From a virus, in the UHGV virus genome UHGV-0361702: a DNA stretch of 11,910 nucleotides. One strand, given 5' to 3'. Below, in pieces: positions 6,529 to 11,910 of the stretch (its first letter is position 1; each line of letters opens with the position of its first letter). A model generated the notes under the pieces. The model was not told where the DNA came from. It saw nothing but the letters and a program-made list of their open reading frames with translations, and ran no database searches. The translations under genes and the position numbers were made by a program.

Positions 6529-6540
6529 GATGGAGGATAT

Positions 6541-6891
6541 ATGAGTGAAGTAACAGATTTAGTTGTTATTGAAAAAGCAAATGCAATGACTGTATTTCAG
6601 TCTGCCGACCAGATTGAAGAAATTCTCCAAAAGGTTGAACGTGAAGTTATGTCATTTGTGCCTGATATCACAACGGCAAAGGGCAGAAAGGAGATCGCTT
6701 CTCTGGCGTATAAAGTTGCGCAGACGAAAACATATCTCGATGGTCTTGGCAAAGACCTTGTTGCTGAACTGAAGGAAATTCCAAAGCTAATTGATGCCAA
6801 CCGCAAGACAGTGCGCGATCGCCTTGATGAACTGAAAGCCAAGGCGCGCCAGCCTCTTACTGATTATGAGGAAGAATCAGGCGCGGATTAA
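6541..6891 (+). CDS. hypothetical protein (116 aa); possibly the N-terminal part of a frame-disrupted or recoded larger gene
   Basis: SD GGAGG at 6532-6536 then ATG 6541 (the upstream ATG at 6445 would read through the terminator hairpin and has a badly spaced SD). Ends ...KARQPLTDYEEESGAD, overlapping the next ORF by 26 nt in the +1 frame. Confidence 0.55.
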   Translation: MSEVTDLVVIEKANAMTVFQSADQIEEILQKVEREVMSFVPDITTAKGRKEIASLAYKVAQTKTYLDGLGKDLVAELKEIPKLIDANRKTVRDRLDELKAKARQPLTDYEEESGAD

Positions 6892-7510
6892 AGCCGAAGA
6901 AGAAGCTAAGGCAGCAGCTGAAGCTCTCGCAAAGCAAATTGAGTCTGACCATGAAATAGCGATTTTGATGGATCGCGAATTTGACCGCCAAAGAGAAGAG
7001 GCAAGACTCAAAGCGGAGCAGGAAAAGCGAGAGCATGAAGAACGATTAAAAAGAGAAGCTGAAGAGAAAGCCAGAGCAGAAGCCGAAGCAAAGGCAAAAG
7101 CCGAAATTGAAGCAGCAGCAAGGCGAGAAGCAGAAGCTAAGGCCGCAGCGGAACGTGCAGAGCGTGAACGCATTGAAGCCGAGCAACGAGCACAGCGCGA
7201 AGCAAAAGAGGCAGCAGAACGAGCTGAAAGAGAAAAGCAGGCAGCAATTGAAGCAGAACGCAGAAAAGCACAGGAGGAGGCTGAACGAATCCGTCGCGAG
7301 GCTGAAGCAAAAGAGCAAGCCAGAATAGCAGAAGAAAAAAGAATCAAGGACGAAGAAGAGCGTAGAGCAAAGGATAAAGCTCACCGGAAAGAAGTAAATA
7401 ACAAAATACTTGCTGACCTTATCAAGGTTGGCGCATCAGAAGATGTTGCTAAAAATATCATAACAGCCATCGTAAAAGGCGAAGTATTCGCAACAAAAAT
7501 AACCTACTAA
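6866..7510 (+). CDS. hypothetical highly charged E/R/K/A-rich helical protein (214 aa as annotated); likely the continuation of the preceding ORF
   Basis: No SD before ATG 6866, and its frame is open from 6836; about 130 residues of ER/K-rich low-complexity sequence (REAEEKARAEAEAKAKAEIEAAARREAEAK...) followed by a short C-terminal domain (ILADLIKVGASEDVAKNIITAIVKGEVFATKITY). Confidence 0.5.
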   Translation: MRKNQARIKAEEEAKAAAEALAKQIESDHEIAILMDREFDRQREEARLKAEQEKREHEERLKREAEEKARAEAEAKAKAEIEAAARREAEAKAAAERAERERIEAEQRAQREAKEAAERAEREKQAAIEAERRKAQEEAERIRREAEAKEQARIAEEKRIKDEEERRAKDKAHRKEVNNKILADLIKVGASEDVAKNIITAIVKGEVFATKITY

Positions 7511-7534
7511 TAAAACCAACATAAGGAACCACCC

Positions 7535-7666
7535 ATGATTTACGCAATCGCGGGAGGCGCTCGCATGGGTGCCTTCCAACTAAATGAATCTTTACTTGAA
7601 CGAATCACCCGTAAATTACGTGACGGATGGAAAAGAGTTGAGGTCTTATTATGCGCAATGAAATAG
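7535..7666 (+). CDS. cIII: CIII-like protein (FtsH/HflB inhibitor)
   Basis: 43 aa, MIYAIAGG...NESLLERITRKLRDGWKR; the core matches lambda CIII (ESLLERITRKLRDGWKR) as remembered; SD AAGGA 6 nt upstream. Confidence 0.8.
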   Translation: MIYAIAGGARMGAFQLNESLLERITRKLRDGWKRVEVLLCAMK

Positions 7667-7803
7667 CCATCAATCACCAGATGCTTCGTGCTGCACAGAA
7701 CAAAGCAGTAATAGCCAGATTTATTGGTGATTCCAAAATGTGGCTTGAAGCAAATAAAGCGATGAAATCAGCTATCAACCTTCCGTGGTATCGCAGGAAA
7801 TGA
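7651..7803 (+). CDS. kil: Kil-like small protein (host cell-division inhibitor)
   Basis: 50 aa; immediately downstream of and overlapping cIII, as in lambda; motif ARFIGDSKMW resembles the lambda Kil segment ATFIGDEKM as I recall it. Identity partly positional. Confidence 0.55.
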   Translation: MRNEIAINHQMLRAAQNKAVIARFIGDSKMWLEANKAMKSAINLPWYRRK

Positions 7804-7958
7804 GTTTTACAGATAACTGGTCAGACGAAGAATTCATTCGTCAGATTAAAGAATTAATCGGTAACGAAGGAGATATTCATGTCACTTGCAACCACAGTGA
7901 AGGAGAGCAAGTTACAGAGACGCATGTACACGCAGAAAGCTCTCTGGTATCGCCATAA
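7800..7958 (+). CDS. hypothetical small acidic protein (52 aa)
   Basis: ATGA overlap with kil stop; AGGA just upstream; MSFTDNWSDEEFIRQIKELIGNEGD... The position upstream of erf is where P22 has arf, but no sequence support. Confidence 0.4.
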   Translation: MSFTDNWSDEEFIRQIKELIGNEGDIHVTCNHSEGEQVTETHVHAESSLVSP

Positions 7959-8059
7959 TGGTGACCGCGAAGGAATGCGGGTATGCCTTAATTTGTCCCG
8001 AGTCGAAGTATTAAATCAGCGTTATTTCCTTGGGCCGTGTCCATTCTGAGAGCAATCAT

Positions 8060-8665
8060 ATGAGCAAAGAATTTTACGCAAGACTGGCAGCTATTCAGGA
8101 GAATCTGAACGCGCCAAAGAATCAGTACAACTCATTCGGCAAATATAAATACAGAAGCTGCGAAGATATTCTTGAAGGCGTTAAGCCGTTACTGAACGGT
8201 CTGTTTTTATCAATCAGCGATGAAGTTGTGTTGATTGGTGATCGGTATTACGTGAAAGCCACGGCAACTATTACCGATGGCGAAAACAGTCATACGGCAA
8301 CCGCTCTTGCACGAGAGGAAGAAAGCAAGAAAGGAATGGATTCTGCACAAGTTACGGGAGCTACAAGCTCTTATGCACGCAAGTATTGCCTCAATGGTTT
8401 GTTCGGCATTGATGATGCGAAAGATGCAGATACAGACGAGCATAAACATCAGCAGAACGCAGCAGCAAAGCAATCAAAACCATCACTTACACCTGAACAG
8501 GTTCTAAAAGCATTCACTGACGCAGCAATGCAGAAAAACACCGTAGAAGAGCTTAAACAGGCGTTCGCCAAAGCGTGGAAGATGCTCGAAGGGACGCCGG
8601 AGCAGCACAAAGCGCAGGACGTTTACAACATCAGACGAGACGAATTAGAAGGGGCAACTGCTTAA
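8060..8665 (+). CDS. erf: Erf-family single-strand annealing recombinase (P22 Erf-like)
   Basis: 201 aa starting MSKEFYARLAAIQENLNAPKNQYNSFGKYKYRSCEDILEGVKPLL..., which closely matches the P22 Erf N-terminal domain as remembered. The first ATG of the six-frame ORF (8030) is less likely than 8060. Confidence 0.85.
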   Translation: MSKEFYARLAAIQENLNAPKNQYNSFGKYKYRSCEDILEGVKPLLNGLFLSISDEVVLIGDRYYVKATATITDGENSHTATALAREEESKKGMDSAQVTGATSSYARKYCLNGLFGIDDAKDADTDEHKHQQNAAAKQSKPSLTPEQVLKAFTDAAMQKNTVEELKQAFAKAWKMLEGTPEQHKAQDVYNIRRDELEGATA

Positions 8666-9048
8666 TGGCACATTCGATTACAGTAAGACTAAACAAACCC
8701 GCAAGAGAGTTTCAGGGCGGGGAAAATATCGGATTCAACATCCGTGCTGGCGTTCAGTATTACGATCGCCAGACAAAAAAGAAAGAATGGACAAACTACA
8801 GCGCCGTTGTATTTGCCAAGCCGGGAGCGCAAGCGGATTACTATCGTAGCGTTCTGGTTGAAGGAGGCATTGTAGAAATTACCGGAGAAAACATCAGGGT
8901 TGATGTTTATCAGGGGCAAAATGGTCAATCAATCACTCTTGAATTACTGAATGCAAAGATTGGATTTGCAACTTCAGGAAACAGCCAACAGCAGCAAAGT
9001 AGCAATCATCAAAATAATCCTGAATACGACGATTCCATCCCATTCTGA
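8665..9048 (+). CDS. phage SSB-like single-stranded DNA-binding protein (short OB-fold with C-terminal acidic tail)
   Basis: 127 aa ending ...NNPEYDDSIPF, the hallmark SSB C-terminal tail (E. coli SSB ends DDDIPF); TAATG overlap with erf stop. Confidence 0.75.
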   Translation: MAHSITVRLNKPAREFQGGENIGFNIRAGVQYYDRQTKKKEWTNYSAVVFAKPGAQADYYRSVLVEGGIVEITGENIRVDVYQGQNGQSITLELLNAKIGFATSGNSQQQQSSNHQNNPEYDDSIPF

Positions 9049-9071
9049 TTTAGAAAAATAAGGATTTAATT

Positions 9072-9368
9072 ATGCCAGCGCCTTTGTATGGTGCGGATGA
9101 CCCGCGCCGCTGTTCCGGCAATTCCGTATCGGAGGTGCTGGATAAATTCAGAAAAAACTACGATCGAATAATGTCTCTACCGCAGGAAACGAAAGAGGAA
9201 AAGGAATTTCGCCACTGTATATGGCTTGCAGAGAAAGAAGAACGCGAGCGAATTTACCAGACATCAATCCGACCATTCCGCAAAGCCACATATACCCACT
9301 TCCCTGAATATATCGACCCGCGCCTGCGTAATTACCGCTCACGCTATGGCGCTATCAGTAATGACTGA
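9072..9368 (+). CDS. hypothetical protein (98 aa); by position a candidate Abc-like RecBCD modulator, unverified
   Basis: SD AAGGA then ATG 9072; MPAPLYGADDPRRCSGNSVSEVLDKFRKNY.... The functional guess rests only on location downstream of erf as in P22. Confidence 0.6.
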   Translation: MPAPLYGADDPRRCSGNSVSEVLDKFRKNYDRIMSLPQETKEEKEFRHCIWLAEKEERERIYQTSIRPFRKATYTHFPEYIDPRLRNYRSRYGAISND

Positions 9369-9462
9369 GGAATTTACCATGAGAGGACTTGCTTAAGAGA
9401 AAGAGTTTCGGTTCTGTTAATGACAACAAATATCTGAATGCGATGTGGCGGAGTGGGAAGAA

Positions 9463-9981
9463 ATGAAACAAATGTCACTAATTGAGATGGATGGTTTTCT
9501 GAAAGGTAAATGCATCCCAAGTGATTTAAAGGTTAACGAAACAAACGCTGAATACCTTGTCCGTAAGTTCGGTGAACTTGAATCAAAACTGGAAACGGCG
9601 TTGCGGGAGTGTAGTTCTGCTGGAATCACGATTGATAACCTTGAGGCTAAATGCGCGAAGATGGCTGCTGAAAATACCTCACTTAAGCAATCTGAGAAGG
9701 AATTTAATGACTTTTGTCGTGAGGAGTTTAGCGAATGGGAAGATGATGTTACTGAAACCCCAGCCACCGATGCTTTTCTGGCTGAAGTGCGGGCGCAGGG
9801 GGTGGATGCTGCTATAGAAGCTGCAAAAAATCTGGTGGCCCAAGAATATGAGTATAAGGATTTCAAAGCGGCGCAGAGTGATTGCTGTATGCACCCTGGT
9901 TCAGACCTGGTAGGGAAGGTTGAAATGACTGAGTGGTTAGTTGACTTTGCTGCCCAGCTTCGCAAAGGAGGCAACCAGTGA
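9463..9981 (+). CDS. hypothetical protein (172 aa), predicted coiled-coil
   Basis: ATG 9463 with GGAG 9 nt upstream (the six-frame ORF begins at GTG 9445); stop overlaps the next start (GTGA). Confidence 0.55.
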   Translation: MKQMSLIEMDGFLKGKCIPSDLKVNETNAEYLVRKFGELESKLETALRECSSAGITIDNLEAKCAKMAAENTSLKQSEKEFNDFCREEFSEWEDDVTETPATDAFLAEVRAQGVDAAIEAAKNLVAQEYEYKDFKAAQSDCCMHPGSDLVGKVEMTEWLVDFAAQLRKGGNQ

Positions 9982-10277
9982 CTGTATGTCTTATTGATAA
10001 ACGTCGACGTGGGCAACAAATACCATCTGTTGAAATGCCGAATCACACATGGTTTTGCGTACTTGATATCGATGGTATGGATACGTTGGTTGACACTCGT
10101 CATTACTGCGATACCGCAACAGCTACTCCGGCGAAAGCAAAGAAAATGGCTGCTCTGATAGAAAACTGGACTCCACCTGATGGTTGGTGCAATGGGAATG
10201 ATCGAGATTGGCACGAAAAAATGAAGGGCTATATCTGCGATTTTTTACGTAAATGCAACGGCTTCAGGGGGATGTGA
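9978..10277 (+). CDS. hypothetical Cys/Trp-rich protein (99 aa)
   Basis: GTG start 9978 preceded by GGAGG with 6-nt spacing; translationally coupled to the neighbouring genes. Confidence 0.5.
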   Translation: MTVCLIDKRRRGQQIPSVEMPNHTWFCVLDIDGMDTLVDTRHYCDTATATPAKAKKMAALIENWTPPDGWCNGNDRDWHEKMKGYICDFLRKCNGFRGM

Positions 10278-10278
10278 T

Positions 10279-10851
10279 ATGACCAAAATTAACTATCAGG
10301 CACTGCGTGAGGCGGCAGAACGTGCAATTCCGGCAATGGAACGCCTGTTAATGTTGCCAGTTGATGATGATTTGTTAAGTGAACAGGAACTTAAGGATTA
10401 CGGTGTGGATATTGATGCGCTCAACGCCTTCAAATTTCTGACCGGACCAGAAACCGTGCTGGCGCTGCTGGATGAACGGGAAAGAAACCAGCAATACATC
10501 AAACGCCGCGACCAGGAGAACGAGGAAATTGCGCTAACGGTAGGGAAGCTGCGCGTTGAGCTGGAAGCTGCAGAGAAGCGCATTGCAGAACTGGAAGCCG
10601 AACCTGTAAGCCAAACTTACAAGTTGAACGAGCTGTCGGGCAACTATCCGGTAACTCCGGATGGTTGGATAAGCTGTAGTGAGCGAATGCCCGCTCAAGA
10701 TGATTGGATTTTAATTTATTCAAAGCACGGCGAGTATATGGCAGGACAGGTACAAGGGGAATACGTGGAGTTGAGCGACGGCACTTTATCGTGGTTAGGG
10801 AACGCCTTGTACTGGATGCCTCTACCGGAACCGCCGCAGGAGGTTAATTGA
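10279..10851 (+). CDS. Ead/Ea22-like protein with C-terminal DUF551-type domain
   Basis: N-terminal region (PETVLALLDERE...LEAAEKRIAELEA) resembles Ead/Ea22-like prophage proteins and the C-terminus ends ...YWMPLPEPP, typical of DUF551, both from memory. SD AGGGGGA before ATG. Confidence 0.6.
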   Translation: MTKINYQALREAAERAIPAMERLLMLPVDDDLLSEQELKDYGVDIDALNAFKFLTGPETVLALLDERERNQQYIKRRDQENEEIALTVGKLRVELEAAEKRIAELEAEPVSQTYKLNELSGNYPVTPDGWISCSERMPAQDDWILIYSKHGEYMAGQVQGEYVELSDGTLSWLGNALYWMPLPEPPQEVN

Positions 10852-11135
10852 TGGTCTCCTTCGCGAAATATACGATTATTGACTGGATAGCATTCATTCA
10901 GGTTTTGCTCATCTGGTTTTATATGGCTTACAGGAGTGGACAGTGGATTGTCAGTGTAGCCTGTAGCAATGGATGGCGTTGGTGGAACCGAAAGAATAAA
11001 AAAGCGCTGGCCTTGGCTTCGTTTTACGAAGCATTCAATCTTAACAGTCTTCAGCCTGGTTCTGTCGTTGTAGTCACCACTCAAAGCGGCATGACGATAC
11101 AAATTCACAAGCCAAAGGAGGAAGGTCGTGGCTAA
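10851..11135 (+). CDS. hypothetical small membrane protein (94 aa, one N-terminal TM segment)
   Basis: SD AGGAGG 7 nt upstream of ATG 10851 (TGATG overlap with the upstream stop); hydrophobic segment IIDWIAFIQVLLIWFYMAY. Confidence 0.5.
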   Translation: MVSFAKYTIIDWIAFIQVLLIWFYMAYRSGQWIVSVACSNGWRWWNRKNKKALALASFYEAFNLNSLQPGSVVVVTTQSGMTIQIHKPKEEGRG

Positions 11136-11412
11136 CCTGCAACTTGCCGTTAAAGGTGAATACTTCGATGCCATGATTCGCGGAGAGAAAACGGAAGAGT
11201 ATCGCCTGTGTAATGACTACTGGAATAAGCGAATTATGTTCCGCGAGTATGACCGCCTGATTATCACAAAGGGATATCCGAAGCGCGACGATTCCAGCCG
11301 CAGAATTGACGTCCCGTATGACGGATATGAAATCAAGACAATCACACATCCGCACTTCGGCGATAAACCGGTAAAGGTGTTCGCTATAAAGGTGAATATC
11401 GACAATGAATGA
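11128..11412 (+). CDS. hypothetical protein, possibly ASCH/PUA-like fold (DUF3850-like)
   Basis: GTG start preceded by AAGGAGG with 6-nt spacing; N-terminal motif LAVKGEYFDAMIRGEKTEEYRL resembles ASCH-domain proteins. Family assignment is tentative. Confidence 0.5.
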   Translation: MANLQLAVKGEYFDAMIRGEKTEEYRLCNDYWNKRIMFREYDRLIITKGYPKRDDSSRRIDVPYDGYEIKTITHPHFGDKPVKVFAIKVNIDNE

Positions 11413-11484
11413 TAATCCTCGCACTCGCGGGGATTTCTTTTATCTGAACTCGCTACGGCGGGTTTTGTTTTATGGAGATGATAA

Positions 11485-11652
11485 ATGCACTTCCGAGTCA
11501 CAGGTGAATGGAATGGAGAGCCATTCAACAGAGTTATCGAAGCAGAGAACATCAACGACTGCTATGACCACTGGATGCTGTGGGCGCAGATAGCACATGC
11601 AGACGTAACTAATATTCGAATTGAAGAACTGAAAGAACACCAAGCCGCCTGA
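11485..11652 (+). CDS. hypothetical small protein (55 aa)
   Basis: Not in the supplied ORF track (below its size cut-off). ATG 11485 with GGAG 7 nt upstream; product MHFRVTGEWNGEPFNRVIEAENINDCYDHWMLWAQIAHADVTNIRIEELKEHQAA; stop codon lies within a terminator hairpin. Confidence 0.4.
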   Translation: MHFRVTGEWNGEPFNRVIEAENINDCYDHWMLWAQIAHADVTNIRIEELKEHQAA

Positions 11653-11667
11653 TGGCGGTTTTTTATT
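11643..11667 (+). terminator. intrinsic terminator
   Basis: CCGCC-tgat-GGCGG stem followed by TTTTTTATT. Confidence 0.6.
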
Positions 11668-11709
11668 GCCTGATTTGCAGGTTCGATTCCCTATTCGGAG
11701 ATAGCACTC

Positions 11710-11910
11710 ATGCAACACGAACTACAACCTGATTCACTGGTTGATTTGAAATTCATCATGGCCGATACTGGCTTCGGTAAAACCTTCATCTATGACCGGA
11801 TTAAGTCCGGCGACCTGCCAAAAGCCAAAGTTATCCACGGGCGAGCAAGATGGTTATATCGTGACCATTGTGAATTCAAAAATAAGCTCTTAAGCCGCGC
11901 CAATGGGTAA
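11710..11910 (+). CDS. xis: AlpA-family helix-turn-helix protein, likely excisionase (Xis)
   Basis: 66 aa with the AlpA-type signature (LVDLKFIMADTGFGKTFIYDRIKSGDLPKAKVIHGRARWLYRDHCEF); last gene of the leftward operon at the window edge, where an integrase gene would be expected just beyond. Confidence 0.6.
   Translation: MQHELQPDSLVDLKFIMADTGFGKTFIYDRIKSGDLPKAKVIHGRARWLYRDHCEFKNKLLSRANG

Noticed and set aside
6597-7384. Several ORFs in other frames and strands (6597-6842, 6877-7347, 7046-7384 minus; 7107-7328 plus)
   Set aside because: Artefacts of the GAA/GCA-rich repetitive DNA encoding the ER/K-rich tract; their products are Ser/Ala or Cys/Phe/Leu homopolymer-like, with no start signals.
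7975-8049. Short ORFs (18-24 codons) between the 52-aa ORF and erf, considered as a possible arf homologue
   Set aside because: Too short, with poorly spaced or absent SDs; no sequence basis for calling them genes.
8575-8664. Upstream extension of the SSB-like ORF (six-frame ORF starting at 8575)
   Set aside because: The extension lies inside erf in another frame; the ATG at 8665 overlapping the erf stop gives a compact coupled gene and is preferred.
9417-10214. 265-aa minus-strand ORF
   Set aside because: Antisense to three plus-strand genes that are translationally coupled and have good SDs; its product is Ser-rich low complexity, so the length is judged coincidental.
11405-11593. 62-aa plus-strand ORF overlapping the 55-aa ORF region
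   Set aside because: No SD and a basic low-complexity product; the alternative 55-aa ORF (11485-11652) has a well-spaced GGAG and ends in a terminator, so it was preferred.
11680-11690. GGTTCGATTCC motif resembling a tRNA T-loop, considered as a tRNA 3' fragment or attachment core
   Set aside because: Flanking sequence cannot form a T-stem or acceptor stem (only 2 of 5 stem pairs), so there is no tRNA here; if an att site exists it lies beyond the window past xis/int.
11074-11718. Minus-strand ORFs 11074-11424, 11217-11555 and 11470-11718
   Set aside because: All are antisense to the coupled plus-strand gene series and lack start signals.

Overview
This window is the early/immunity region of a mosaic lambdoid (lambda/P22-type) prophage of an enterobacterium. 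Calls rest on reading the sequence and on remembered canonical lambda and P22 proteins; no database search was possible. Layout: a minus-strand rightward operon (pR - cro - nutR - cII - extra 90-aa ORF - O-like initiator with in-gene ori iterons - DnaB-type helicase - terminator), a divergent plus-strand repressor gene (P22 c2-type cI) with three 18-bp operators, then a plus-strand leftward operon (pL/OL - nutL - N - orf28 - ral - accessory insertion - cIII - kil - erf - SSB-like - seven small accessory genes - AlpA-type excisionase at the window edge). The left 0.8 kb does not look like a nin/Q region: plus-strand genes converge on the helicase terminator. The most interesting candidate for an undescribed function is the accessory insertion between ral and cIII (about 5859-7510): a terminator-bracketed membrane-protein gene followed by a large, extremely charged helical protein split across two reading frames. 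Its architecture and position suggest a superinfection-exclusion or abortive-infection module, but this is inference only.
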